The notes below the pieces were generated by a model. That model saw only the letters and a list, made by a program, of their open reading frames with translations, was not told the DNA's origin and ran no database searches. 64,000 bases of DNA from Octopus vulgaris. Taxonomy: Eukaryota. Location: positions 35,526,001-35,590,000 of the forward strand of contig OX597821.1 in NCBI GenBank assembly GCA_951406725.2, given 5' to 3'. Below are positions 41,960-56,389 of this stretch, piece after piece; positions within the stretch are counted from its first letter, which is position 1, and each line of letters starts with the position of its first letter. A program made the translations under genes and the position numbers.

Positions 41960-42961
41960 GTAATGGTGATGGTGATGAAAACATCAACATTAATAAATCA
42001 ACATGTATTGATCTCAACAGGCACAAAATGTTTTGCGATTTATTTTTTTTTACTTTTCATTTTGAAATTACTGCCTTTACATTGCGGTTGCGCTGAAACG
42101 ATTATTTGTAATTTCTGACACAGAAAGATTGTAACATTCAGCACCGTTTTTTTTTTTTCATTTAGCTTTTTATTTCTTGGTTTAATTATCGCTGAACTTT
42201 TTATTCCATTATCATATTACATGAATGTTTCCCAACAGTTTTCTGATATTAGTTTTCCTAAAGCGGAACTATATATGATAATGAATAAAGAAATAAAACA
42301 ATTAAGAATTATATATAAAAATGCAAACATTTTAAAAACATACGTCAAATTACGAGATAGTGAAAACAACAGCCAAAACAAAAAAAAAAAAAACAATAAA
42401 AAACTAATTCCTTTTTAAATATCAACGTTTTAATTAGCCAATAAAATTCAAAGTGTTTAATCGCAAGCGCCCAGTTGTTTGAACATTTGAGATTACGAAG
42501 CACTCATCGCCATCAGAGAAGAAAGTAATTAAAAAATAACGATAAAAAATGCTTAATTTTATAGGCACTTACATTTAGGCAACAAATTGCTTTCCCATTC
42601 GTTATTTATCAGCACACATACACACAACATAGAAAATACACAAGTTGTTATATTGTATTTTGCAAGTGCATTTAACGAATATATAGCGTAGGATTTTCGA
42701 CTGCGAACAAAATTGCTATTTTCACTATTGAATGTATTTGCTACAAAGCTATATCAGATAAAATATTACAATATATTGTAACATATTATACAAAACGTCG
42801 GTATGAAACATTTTAGGATTCTCTAAATGGCTTCAGTCATTGGACGTAAATATTTTGAGTCAATCATATAGATAGCCGTACTCATTAAAACATTAATATT
42901 ATCAAATCTATGTTTCAAACAGTAAAAAACAATTCATGTGTCTCTACGCCTATGAATACAT

Positions 42962-43260
42962 AGACGCAATGGCCCAGTGGTTAGGGCAGCGGATTCGCGG
43001 TCGTAGGATTGCGATTTCGATTCCCAGACCGGGCGTTGTGAGTGTTTATTGAGCGAAAATACCTAAAGTTCCATGAGGCACCGTCAGGGGGTGATGGCGA
43101 TCCCTGCAGTACTCTTTCGCCACAACTTTCTCTCACTCTTTCTTCTGTTGGCCTGCTCGCTTAGCCAGAGGGGTGGCGTCATTTGAAGGCTACAAAACAA
43201 TTGTGACCAGCGATGTGTAACAACATCTGATAGCCTGGTCGGTCACGGTGATCACGGTGA
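42962..43260 (+). mobile_element. tRNA-derived SINE, family B
   Basis: Near-copy of 25063-25367, followed by (TA)n. Confidence 0.9.
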
Positions 43261-44219
43261 TATATATATATATATTGTGAAATAAATGATAGAAAATTCA
43301 TGTTTATATTTATATCGCTATAAAAATCATAAACAATTCATCAACCTGTGAAACAGAAGTTGTATCAAATTAATGATATAACACGGAGATACAAACTGAA
43401 AAATATCAACAGTGAAAATCCGAAAAGTCTGTTCATTGAACCTGGTATATGTAAAATGATTAGTACAAGGCCATAAATGTGTTCAGCTACCTTTTATGTA
43501 TGACTATGTATAACATCAGCTGATGCTATTGAGCTTCTGGCTCGCAGATGAACAGAGCAGTAAATAACCATTTAATAACATTGATGAGCAGTCCTGCAAA
43601 ATGTATCTTAAACGTGTGCTGCACACAGGGAAATATTTATTGGAGCAAGGACGCCAATTATGTACTGAAGCAACCGATATAACAAGAAGATAAGTATTGT
43701 TAATTTGCTATGTAAAATAAAAATAAGGACGTACGATTGCTTCAGTTACGGAAGGAATGAAAATCAATATTTGATATTGTTGTGGGAATAATAGTAATAA
43801 CGGTACACCGCCTCCCATGAGATGAGTGGTTTGTGCTGGTCGCTATAACTAAGGTGACATCGGTCAGTATAAACAGAGAGAGTGCGAATTAGACGGTCAT
43901 ACATAGTCGTGGTCTATTTTGTCATATTAATTATACTGCTATATGAGAGTGAGCATTATAACAATCCGACATTAAGGATTAGAACTGTGGTGACGAGGAA
44001 ATAGCAAATTCATAAAACCTCCTCTTGTGCGAAAAGAAATCGTACAATTGTGGAAAATTTCCTGTTGGATTCTCTTTCTATCATCATCTCTGGTTATTTT
44101 CCAAAGAAATGAAGATAATGATTGATTGATTGATTTTAGTTTCAGCTCGTGAGCTGTGGCCATGCTGGGGCACCGCCATTTAGAAGGAAACTTTGTTGGC
44201 CAGTTTGCTTGAGTTGTAG

Positions 44220-44455
44220 AAACAGCAACAGCAGCAACTGACAGAACAACAACAGCAGCAATTACAACTGCAAGAACAACAGCAACAACAACAACAACAA
44301 CAACGACAGCAGCAGGAACAACAACAACAGAAGCTACAGCTGCAAGAACGACAGTAGGAACAACAACAACAGAAACGGCAACAGCAACTGAAAGAACAAC
44401 AACAGAAGTAGCTACAACAGCAAGAACAACAGCAGAAACAGCAACAACAACAATT
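44220..44455. repeat. Degenerate (CAA/CAG)n low-complexity tract
   Basis: Read directly. Confidence 0.9.
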
Positions 44456-44745
44456 ACTATTACAAGAATAAATGCTGCAATTAAGTCGTCAGGAAAATCT
44501 GGGAAAATGTTTTCGCCAAATTGTGTTGAGAACTGGACAGTAAAGTTAAGTACGAAACAGACGAAAGAGTTAGCTTCGAGGCTTACTATAGAAGATACGA
44601 ACTAATCTTCAATAAAGAGTGCAAAGATTTGGATGACCATAAGAAAACACGTTTGATCTCGCGAAAACTGGCAGCATGAGAACATTAGCGCTACAGCAAT
44701 TATTTACTCCCGAAAATAAAATTCTAACATAAACTTTAAAAGTGC

Positions 44746-45150
44746 ACTCTTTTACTTGTTTCAGTCATTTGACAGCGGCCATGCTGGAGCACCGCCTTTA
44801 GTCGTGCAAATCGACACCGGGACTTATTCTTTGTAAGCCTAGTACTTATTCTATCGGTCTGTTTTGCCGAACCGCTAGGTTACGGGGACGTAAACACACT
44901 AGCATCGGTTGTCAAGCGATGTTGGGGGTGTGGGGGGAAACACAGACACACAAACACACACACACACATACACACACACATATATACGACGGGCTTCTTT
45001 CAGTTTCCGTCTACCAATTCTACTCACAAGGTTTTGGTCGGCCCCAGGCTATAGTAGAAGACACTTGCCCAAGGAGCCACGCAGTGGGACTGAACCAGGA
45101 ACCATGTGGCTGGTAAGCAAGCTACTTACCACACAGCCACTCCTGCACCT
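44746..45150 (-). mobile_element. tRNA-derived SINE, family A, apparently full length
   Basis: Reverse complement of the family A head, internal microsatellite and tail. Confidence 0.9.
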
Positions 45151-45491
45151 AGAAATATTATATAAACTTTTTAGTGAGTAAATCTTGTTTTTTAATACAA
45201 GTTGAACATGTTTCAAGCTAAAAGAGAACAACGAGAATTATTTGAATTCATAAATAAGAATTAACGATTGAAAAATCTACAGCAACTATTTTGCGCGCAC
45301 GCAAACACATATACATATAGAGACAGATACCCATCCATCCCACACCCACACCACACACACAGACACAAACAGAGAAACGCCCACACACCCACACATACAC
45401 ATACACAGACATACACACACAAGAGCACATACACCACATATATATGCGTCCATATGTAATAATTGGTTATGAAATACATCTTACATGGATG

Positions 45492-45548
<57 letters not shown>

Positions 45549-45551
<3 letters not shown>

Positions 45552-45743
45552 GTATATGTAAAAAAATACAAACTGGGCCAAGAACGCAAAACATTTAGAA
45601 GACGATACAAAAAACTGATTTCAGCCGAAATTGCGAGGATGATCCGGTTCTTGAAAGCTTCGAATGTCCCGTTCGTTTTTTTTATATCGTCTTCTAAATG
45701 TTTTGCGTTCTTGTCCCAGTTTGCATTTTTTTACATATACATA
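45549..45743. mobile_element. Small fold-back element with inverted arms of about 65 bp, inside a TA/TATG tract
   Basis: AAAAAATACAAACTGGGCCAAGAACGCAAAACATTTAGAAGACGATA is inverted relative to TATCGTCTTCTAAATGTTTTGCGTTCTTGTCCCAGTTTGCATTTTTT, with few mismatches. Confidence 0.8.
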
Positions 45744-45797
45744 TATATATAGCGACGCCCGTACCCTTTTGGTCTTATATGTAAGTACATATATATA

Positions 45798-47079
45798 CGA
45801 GGGGCGTTCAATAAGTAATGCCTCTGACCCACTTGCAGTTGTTTGATCTAGCTGAGATTTTGCATGTGCAATTACCTATATCTCTATAGATTAAGTGGCA
45901 AATTACAGCTCTGAACTAATTGTGGTCTCTGATTTACAGGTGTTTGAACTGAGTCAAGTATGAAACGGAGCCTGTTGAGTGTCGAGCAGTGATGCGGTTT
46001 TTGTATTTGAAAGGACGCACACCACTGGAGACTTTTGATGAAATAAAAGTAACTTATGGTGATGATGCCCCATCATATCACCTTGTAAAACGCTGGCATC
46101 GTGAATTCAAACATGGTCGGAACTTTGTGGAAATAGCTCCCAGATCTGGTCGCCCCCTTCTGCCATTGATGAGGCATCTGTCCGTCAAGTTGAGGCTGCC
46201 ATTTTGGAAGATCGACGCATAACTATTCGCCAAATAGCCCATGAGGTCAAGATTAGTACCGGGTCTGTGGAAACTATCATTCATGACCATTTGCATATGC
46301 AAAAGGTGTCTGCCAGATGGATTCCCAGGCTGCTCACACCTTTCCAGAAGCAAGAACGCGTCGATAGCGCGAGGATGAATTTGAAGATGTGCCAAGAAGT
46401 TGAGTCAAAATTTTTCAAAAGACTGATTACACAGGATGAAACCTGGGTCCATCACTATGATCCAGAGACCAAAGCCCAGTCAATGCAGTGGAAGCACCGT
46501 GACTCACCTCCTCCAAAGAAGGCAAGGGTGCAGCCCTTCGCTGGCCAGGTCATGCTCACAGTCATCTGGGACCAGGACGGAGTAGTGATGACAGATTTCC
46601 TGGCAAAGGGTGCCACAATTACAGGAGTCTATTATGCTTCACTTTTGAGGAAATTAAGAGTAGCTCTTAAAATCAAGAGGCGGAGCAAGATCAGCAAAGG
46701 CATCCTCCTCCTGCAGGACAATGCTCCGGTCCACAACTTTCGTGTCGCCAGATCAGAAGCACAGGCGTGCGGCTATGAACTCATCCCCCATCTCCTGACC
46801 TTGCACCCTCTGATTTTCACCTCTTCCCAGCCATGTAGTTGTTTTTGAAAGGAAAGCGTTTCCCAGATGATGCAGCCTTGATTTCTGAAGTCACGTCGTG
46901 GTTGGAGGACCAAGCTGGGGTCTTCTACAAAAACGGTCTTCTGAGCTGCATCAAACGATGGGAGAAATGCGTAACTCTGGGTGCTTCCTATGTAGAAAAA
47001 GACTAATAACTGTGCCAAGTTTCGTTGCTCTACTGCTATGGGAAGTTGGTCAGGGGCATTACTTATTGAACGCCCCTCG
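45798..47079 (+). mobile_element. Full-length mariner element (1282 bp), probably irritans subfamily
   Basis: TIRs CGAGGGGCGTTCAATAAGTAATGCC(T/C)CTGACC at both ends, TA target-site duplication at 45796-45797 and 47080-47081, internal transposase. Confidence 0.95.
45965..47006 (+). pseudogene. Mariner DD34D transposase pseudogene
   Basis: Motifs PRSGRP, WIPRLL, ITQDETWVHHYDPETK, LLQDNAPVH, SPDLAPSDFHLF and RWEKCV. The likely start codon reads ACG at 45965, with frameshifts near 46155 and 46790. Confidence 0.92.
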
Positions 47080-47904
47080 TATATATGCATACATATACAT
47101 ACATACATGTATAAAGATATATATGTGTGTGTACGTGTGTACGCGACAACACAAAAACATACATACTTGCGCATGCATTCATACATACAATCATACATAC
47201 ATATATACATACATATCTGTTATGCATATATTTTCGTAAGTATTCGATTGATATATGTTATTTAAGACATTAATAATGTAGAAGTACATTTCAAATGCAT
47301 GAAAAAGTAAATGTCCCATATTCTGAGTTTGATATTCGCCTAAGATATTTGAACGTTTCACTGTCCAGTTTGTTTTATAAATGAAATATACGCCCGTGCG
47401 TGATTATTCTCTCTTGTTACTGGGCACCGTTTTGTTGAAGCTTTTTAACCTCTTGTATAAAATCTGATAAACATAATACCGGATCGTTTAGAGGAGCATA
47501 CATAAAGAAACTGCCCTTCATATATAGTCCTCGATTAAGTTATTGTCAATATTACCATTCGAATTGGCAAGTGCAAATTTTCTACAGTAGAATAAGCCAC
47601 ATGCGAAATAGCGAGATAAATAGATGTTTATGAGCAAGTTGTGCGTTCTTAGTATACGATGTGTGTTCTTTTAAAATTTCCTCTGATCCACTTCATTTGA
47701 TCACATGTCTCCACAGTTGCACTACCCTTTCCAGAAGACATTCAAACTTCTATTCCATAAAATTGCCGTTTGACCACATGGTTTAACATGTATGCGCCTT
47801 CTTGAACATATTGTTATAAAAAAAGTGAGAACTTCCCAAGTGTTACTGCAAAAGCCTATGTTATGGAGCAATAACTGTTGCATCAATCGAGTAGCTAGCA
47901 TAAG

Positions 47905-48200
47905 GGTAAAGACTGCTTTCGATCACGAATGACCATGAAATTGCGCTTAGAATGATTCCGTCCGATTTACAAGTCTGCATACCAGCATCTCCTCACCATG
48001 CCACTGATTCTATCCAAGGGAAGTCAAAGGCTGCTACAGCTTGGCACCGATAACGATGCAACTCATTTGTACCGCCGAGTGAACTGGAGTAACATTTGAA
48101 TAAAGTTCTTGCTCAAGAACACAACATATAGCCCGGTCCGGGAAGCGAACTCGTAACCCCAAGATTGTAAACCCGGTGCTGTAACCACTTAGCTATCCGT
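47905..48200 (-). mobile_element. tRNA-derived SINE, family D
   Basis: GAGTGAACTGGAG..CTTGCTCAAGAACACAAC..CCGGTCCGGGAAGCGAACTC..TAACCACT (reverse A and B boxes). Homologous to 62445-62763. Confidence 0.8.
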
Positions 48201-49299
48201 ATATCGTTGGTTTCGCTTTACCATTGATCTAGAACAATATACATATAATTTGGGATGATTTTCTCCGTTTTTACAAAACTCACTAATCTCTAGATAACCT
48301 TGGACCGATTTACGTTTCTCACTTTAGTTTAAAGCAGTACCCACTATTCACGTACGACTTTTCTTTTTTGTTGAGCGTGTTTGGACAAATTTCACATTAG
48401 GCTCTTAAGCCCGAACACTGCAGGTTTCAAAGCAACCGCATTAACCACACTGACATCAATTTCAGTGGACACATGACAAAAGTAAATGTCTTTAGAATGC
48501 AATCCGCTTGTAACTCATCATCATAAAAACAATCCACCTAATAACCGCCCGATTTAAAGTACAATAATCAAAGTTTGAATGAAATGCAAGCAATTATTTC
48601 TCGGGTAATAAATATAGCATGAATCGCTAAGAAATCCGCTAGCAAATCGTAACACAACCAATTCATTATGTACAATCTCGGTAGTGATAATAACACTGAA
48701 AATTAATGTTATAGTTAAAATTATATGTTGCTGGCAAGGTATTAAATTTTATACATGGTATTGTAAAAGATACACGTTTCCAGGCATATATGTGTATGCA
48801 TACAAATGCAATCTTGGGAAGATTCGCATTAGCACTGACAATCGTAAACGTCTCAAAAGTTGCTGCACTTACGTACACAGAAACGTTCATATACGCATAA
48901 ACATAAATATATACAGACAAACACAATGAAGCGAAAGAGAAAATTTGAACGAAAGGAAGCTATACACAAACATGGTTTACGTCTCATAGTACATCTATGC
49001 ATATTTTATTTCCCAAATATATTTTTATCGTACTAGTATTCGATTTGCTGTATTCAGTCATGAATAGTTTTACTCAATAGCACACACACAGGAGCACAAT
49101 CAGCAGCAGTATATATACACACCTCATATATATTCGCATGCGTGGGTGGATGTTGCACGTGGTGCGCGTATATATATATATATATATATATATACATACA
49201 CACGCACACACAGATATATATTATCAAAATAAGCAACAAGGATATCCAGCGGTAATGCAGTACGATCGTTTCATGCAACTCCATTTAATTGAACATTTA

Positions 49300-50420
49300 C
49301 ATCAATTTAAAATGTAGACCAATCTTCAGTAGCATAAAGACATAGAATTTAATTAAATTAGAACAGATAGACAAATTAGTATAATTATGCCTAAAATCTC
49401 CAAGACGTTAAGGAGATAGACAAAGCACATATTGTCTCTACTTAAGCATAGAAGTTACTAAAATTACCAAGGAGACTCTACCTGTCACAGATTTTTTGTC
49501 TTTATGGTGTCAGTTTTAATTTATAGACTAGTTTATCACATCTCTTGTATATCTAAGGCTGAGAGAACAGGGAGCAGTATCTGTTAGGGGTAGGGCTGAG
49601 GGAGTAGACAGATATTCTAGTTGGTATAGTAAAAAAAAAATAAAGCTTTATTATAAGCAATATCTTGAGGTTTAGTAAGGGAAAACTTAAAACAAGATGT
49701 TAGCTGATAATTAAGGGGGTTGCCCACAAGCAGGGGAAGACTTATCATATAGTACTATAGTTAAATATTTCAAAGAATGCTGCTATATTTTATACAGTTA
49801 AAGTTTAGGGTTATTCAAAGGATTATTAAGATGAATATTATAACGAAAGCATAGAAATTTATGAATACTTTTGAGTATATACCAAGCTTTTACCACAATA
49901 GAAGGAAGAAAAAAATTATCCAAAAAGTAGTTTGATATTTATACATATTGTATACTTAAAAACTAACTCATCAGATGGTATCTTTGAATATTGATTAATT
50001 GGTATATACTGGTATTAATAAAGCAGTATTGAGGGTAAAGGAACATGCTAGTTATATATTACTAAAATTTTAATCTAAGCAGTTTTTTTTTTAATAAGAA
50101 GTGAATATACCAGTATAGTTTTATATAAGCTAAGTATGAATTTATAGAGAATAAAAAATTTGATTAATTTTTTAAATAAATAAAGGTTAATTATAAAATA
50201 ATAAAGAAATAAAATAAAATAATCAAGTAGGTAGGGCAGAACACCACAGGAAAGGAAATAAAATGGCTTAATGGCATTTATTGTGTTAATAAAAATTAGA
50301 AATTCCCGAAAAGTTGCTGATAAATCAGCATTTTTAGTTAAGTAGAATATAACTGTTCTAATTATGAACGACAGATGACATAAAACATACATAGAATGCT
50401 TAAGCACCTTCAAGAATAGA
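49300..50420 (+). mobile_element. Possible heavily eroded LTR-retrotransposon (Gypsy-like) pol/integrase remnant
   Basis: Compositionally distinct A-rich, C-poor block with stop-riddled peptides (GKLKTRC, IVKYFKECC, SSDG) in integrase-like order. Weak. Confidence 0.25.
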
Positions 50421-50474
50421 TTAGATAAGGATTGAGTGTGTAAATCTGGGAGTGAGTGTGTGCGCGCGAGTCTA

Positions 50475-50521
<47 letters not shown>

Positions 50522-50678
50522 CTGTGTCTAGTGGTGCTGATTATTGAAGGTAGCATATTAATGAATAGAGAGCCAAAAAGACCCGAATATAAATACATAC
50601 ATGTGGCGAGTGTGCATGTGTATATTCCTGTATGTATATATGTAAATATATATATATGTATGCATGTATATATGTATT

Positions 50679-50717
<39 letters not shown>

Positions 50718-50722
<5 letters not shown>

Positions 50723-50762
50723 GGTGCCCCAGCATGGCCACAGCTCAAGAGCTGAAACTGGA
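50718..50762 (+). mobile_element. Short retroelement 3' tail
   Basis: ATGGCGGTGCCCCAGCATGGCCACAGCTCAAGAGCTGAAACT. An inverse copy is at about 44137-44180, and it is related to the family A SINE tail. Confidence 0.7.
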
Positions 50763-53700
50763 AAACATAAATATGTATGTATGTATGTATATATCGAGTG
50801 AGTTATTTGTAAACTCATGAATAAATTGCTCCTGTAAGTACTTCTTTGTCAAGAGGTCTGAGCCGTAGAGGTAACTACAATGTTCCGGTGATCTAACGAC
50901 TTGAATAACTTCAATTGCATTCATTTGAAAATATGCAATTGTGTTGTATAGTGCTGAACATACAAATTAATGCAAACGTGTAGGTATAATGTTTTCGTAC
51001 TGAAATTAATATTGCATGAAGAACGTTACGAAACTGCTGTAACTACGCAGAAATCACTGGGACAAATAAATCATCTCTCACATCTGCTTTTTTGGTTCCT
51101 TTACTTCTTACTGAAAAATTTTCTGGATTTTCTGTTACACTAAGACATTATACTACACTGCATTGTAATAATTTATTAGTATATAGACGAGTAGCTTACG
51201 GGGATAACTGCATGATTCTCTGAATCCAAGTCTAATACCGCTCTTATATGGTTATATATCTATAACCATATCTATCTATCTATCTATCCTATCTATCTAT
51301 CCATATCTATATATATACATATATTTGTGTGTGTGTATGTGTGTGTGTGTGTGTTAGATACATACAACGATTATATGTATGATTATATACTATATATGTG
51401 TGTGTGTTTGTGTTTAAACGTATATATGTATATATATATGCGTATAAAATGTTTATTGACAGTTTCATGCTGTGGGAACACGATAAATCAACAGATATAA
51501 CACGTTTGAGTCACCAAGCAACCCTTCAGACTAAGGATTCAAGTTTAGTCCTATTTCAATAGCTGGACTATGACAAAACATGACAAGAAACCAGAAGAGA
51601 GTTGTTACTCAAAGTAGAACGAGAAAACATCGGATAAATAAAACCGGCAAAAGAAAGAAAAGAGTCATGAGCTCTTTCTCTCTAGAATTGATATTCAATG
51701 TAGCTGATGTATAGTAATTTGAACGAGGACTAGATGAAAGCCTTCTAGGTATTTGCTCAATCCGGGGAAGTTTGTGTTCTCCAGTTCGACAAACAAAATT
51801 TGCCCATGTGCTTGCACTTGGTAAAAATTTTTGATAAGCAAATAAGTAGAGTGGTGGAATTCTAGGGTATGAAAAGGAGTGCAATCTTTCAGTTACGAAT
51901 AGCTTGTCTCTCTTTTATCCATTTACATATAGCGTAGATTCCTTTAACATTATCAGGGTATTCAGATGAATTATTCATTAAATAAATCATTCCTTTAGGT
52001 GGTAAATTTATTAATACTTTGGATGTTTCTGATCTACTTAAAAGCTCCAAAGTTTCGTATAGTGCGCTAATATTAAACTGCAAGTCAATACAAAGGTTAT
52101 GCTACATTCCACTAAGTTTCAGGATTATTACGCAGGGGACAATATATTTACTTCATACCCTGTTCATCAAAACTCTATTCACCCCATCAAATCTTTAGTC
52201 GATAACATCACTTTAGTTTTTAGGAGAAATTCTTGAAAAAAATTGCTTGTATTTTCATTTTTAGTGGTGTGTGGTGGGGACCCCCTCACACTAAAACTTT
52301 ACTATAAAACTTTATTCGTTTTTATTACCCTGGAAATTTAGTGGTGTTCTACGAATCAAAATTAATCGATTACTTTCAAATTTACTCATTATTTATTGAT
52401 TATACACTAAAAATACCTATGGTAAATCATATCTTGGCTTTTTATTAAACGTAAGATCGTAGAATACATAGTATAATTGTTAGACTGCAAACAGCAACTG
52501 AAAAGCTGTCATTTTCTATTGTATAATTTTCTAAATATAACATAATATGCTTTTAAGATATGAAATAGCTAAAGGCGACGAGATTTCTATTATTTGGTTA
52601 GGTTTCTTAATTCTATGGTTGAATCCAATTGTAATCAACTTTCAGCATTCCATGTTCAATGAAAACTAACGAAGTCTAGGGGCAATATGATATACTATAA
52701 TATATTTTATATTTTTGTGATCTTGTGTCTCTGTTAAAGAGTCAATATTTAAAACAGCCTAAATAAACATGATCTCAACACACGAGATAAAAACGCAGCT
52801 CCGATTATTGACTAAATTCGTGTATCTTTTATATATCACTAATGCTTCGTACACCAATGGGGAAACCCTAATGCAGACACACGATCAACAATATATAGGA
52901 GTCAAATATCACTTAGATCGTACTCCACATTCAAATATAATATCTAATGCATGCGAAAGGGCAGAATGGACATAGTGCTGCTCTATCTGCAAAAATCTGA
53001 AGAGATCAATAGCAACATCTAGAACATATGTAACTGCCACATCAAAAGAAACCACAAAAGTATATGTTACTTGTAACATGAGAACACATCGCTGTTCAGG
53101 CTCTAAATATTAAAGTTCCGGCTAAAAGATACTTCAACGCACCACAAGTTGCATCTTCTGAAATATGGTTATTACCTGTAGTAAAAAATTGTGAAACATC
53201 CTAAAATAACATACTTGAAACACAATAGTGTAAAATTACTATTGTCGCTGTTAAGCTTTATTTTAAACCTAATCGAAAGAACCTATGAACAAAAGTGTTC
53301 CAGCTATAAACATCCAGGCTTTCTAGGAGACTACATTGGCTAAGACAGTATGACGTGATTTCAAAGAGATTTCACTGTCATTTTTAACAGGTTGAGCGAG
53401 CCCGTGCTAACTCGTTAGTTTAAAGAACAGGCTGTACAACGCAAACAGTCACTACAACTATCACCAGGACTACGAACACCGCATATACATCAATATAATT
53501 CTATATCCGACACAATCACCTCCGAGGCTATCGCTGCCACAGCCATCATAACCAATACTAAAACCGTCCGATTGATAACACACTCGCCATTACAGTCACA
53601 GCTACTATGATCATCAATACCGCGAAAATTATCACTTCTACTGCATGTAATTCTGCGACCACCCTTAGCCTCACTCCAACCACCATCACTATTTCAACAA

Positions 53701-55572
53701 CCACTATCACTACTACAAGTGCAACAATCTCCATTAACAATACCATTATCAAAGTTTGATAACTACTACAACTACCATAGCCATAGTTGAACCAATATGG
53801 CGTAATATATGGTCATTCGTCTTCATAGAAAATACCAGTCAGCCTCCTTTAAATCGAATCCGGTCGCTTAATAAGGAGCATATTTGATAAAGTCTGTTTG
53901 TGTTCTCTGAACGGAGTAAAAATACAGGTAATAGTTTGAATGCCGTTTATTGCAGGTCTGCGTGATCAAGGTTAATCAATAGGTATTACTAGTAATGTTA
54001 TCGTTTATACCGTCACCATCAATGATACAGCGATTATGGTCATTATACCCTCCTTATCACCCCTATAACAACAACAATACAGCAACATCATTACAAGTAA
54101 ATCAACTAACACCACCACCACCACCACCACCACTAGAAATACCATTAAGCTAAGCATCAAGATGAAAGCGAAGATCCTCATAATTGCAAAGAGTAATAAC
54201 ACGAAAACCACCACTTCATTCCCCACTACAGCAATACAAAATTGTGTTTATGGGAATTTCTATGTAGTACTGGAAAATGCAGCTACAACCTTCAATAAAA
54301 CAGTTCCAAACGCCTTATATTGGATCATGGTGTCCTGTGTACTCACTTTTGGAAGAGATAATACGGTGTTGGTTAGAGTGGCTATTGATCATAAGTTAAG
54401 TTTGTCTGTTGTATCAGGGCTGAAATGCACCTGTCATGATTCAGGTTGATGCTTGCATCCGCTACCACTAGTCCCATCACCATACCAACCCTGTTAATAT
54501 TCAGACATAAACATAGTCTTTGCCGCCGCTTCAATCGACATAGTAAAGACCATCCAGTCTCCACTACCCACCACCACAACTATCAAATCATCATCATAAC
54601 TACCATCATTATCACTATGATGATCATCACTAACAACGGCCCCCTCTTCAGTAACCTTATCTTCATTTCTCTTTTCCTGGCGCTGACGCAGACTAACATT
54701 AATCTCCACAAAATCTAGTGATTATTTCGCTTTTCTTAGTCTTGTGAACACAATAACTTCATCGATCTTTTATGAAGTTACATTCATATTTCAAGTTGTT
54801 ACTCTGTTGTTGTTTAATGATGTTTTACGTCAGCTGCTATCTAAATATTTATGAGACGTGTACGAGAAAACCTACATCTTATATTTGATACGTCTGTTTA
54901 CATTCGTTTGTTTTCTAAAAGGTAAACATCATTTTCAGTATAACCGATATACTTTGTTATTTATTCAAGCTGACTTTACAAATATTTGAATTATAAGAAA
55001 GAAATGATTAAAAAATTAAATGAATAATCAATGAGTAAGCAATGAAAGAAATAGATTTAGGTTATTTGCTTCAATGATACATGCCACATATAAATATACA
55101 TACTGGTATGAAATATAAGTGATATAAGCAGTCAATAATATGTATATATTCACACACACATGCATGTATATTTATAGGCTCAGATGCGCATACAAATATT
55201 AAGAAACGTGTAAAATTTACTGTTAATCTTGCTGCATTATATGCTGAAAGAATCATTCGCTTTATGTTCATATCTCTATTTCATTCGTACATATAGCCAC
55301 AAGCATACAAAAACACTCATACACACATCGGCATCTGTCCTTGTTAAGCCGATTAGTATTTTCATATTCTCTTATTGAATGACTTCAACTTTATTACAGG
55401 CAGTTACAAACTTATATAATAATCTTATTATAAAGTCAGAGCATAAAACTAATTTCACTCGTCGTACGCTACTGCACGGACTCGCATATCATTACGCCTG
55501 CGTATCATAAAAATATGCATATATATCCAGTCGTATACATTGCATGATTTGCTTCAAATAACAGATAAGTAG

Positions 55573-55621
<49 letters not shown>

Positions 55622-56335
55622 TGGAGTGCATATGTATGCGCGTGTGTCTTTTACGAAAGCAATGTCTAAGAATCGAACGAATTGAATTGTAATGCGTAAT
55701 TCCATTCTAACTCTGTCCTGATTTCAAATCCAGCTATTGTTAGTCGTGCGTTCTATAGATATATGCGTAAACCTCATATGAAGTAAACGTGATATACTGG
55801 CAGCGGCATCAGAGTGTGTCCACTGCAACTCTGCACTTGTACATTTGTGGTAATGTGTAATTAATATTGATAGGGAACTTGACTACTGAATGCCTACAAG
55901 TATTCGGTTACTTTCAGTTACGTTCCAAGTTCAATTTCCACCTAGGTTGAATATGGTTGTCATTCTTCTGAGACCTGTACAATGAATACCTTGATCGTTA
56001 TCCAAACTAGAGTGGAAAATCTGAAGCATTTCTGGTGTATTCATAATTATTTCTGATACATAGTTATTACCTCCGATATTGGCCTGTTCATGCGAAACTG
56101 CAAAAATTATTGATAAAGCAAATCATTGGCAGAATTTTAGTGTCGGGCAAAATGTGTTGCGGTATTTCTTCCAGCTGTTGACGCTCTATGCCTCGCATAT
56201 TTTCAGGATCAATAAAATAATTCTCAATCAATTGCTGGGGTGGATTGTATTGACAGACCCAATCCGCACAATCTTCGGTCTTATAGAAAATATTGAAACA
56301 GCATAAATGATGAAAATGGATCGACAGCATGCGAG

Positions 56336-56389
<54 letters not shown>

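Noticed and set aside
53450-54660. Thr/Ile/His-rich ORFs suggestive of a mucin-like exon
   Set aside because: Degenerate (CAC/CAT/ACT)n sequence broken by stops into short ORFs.
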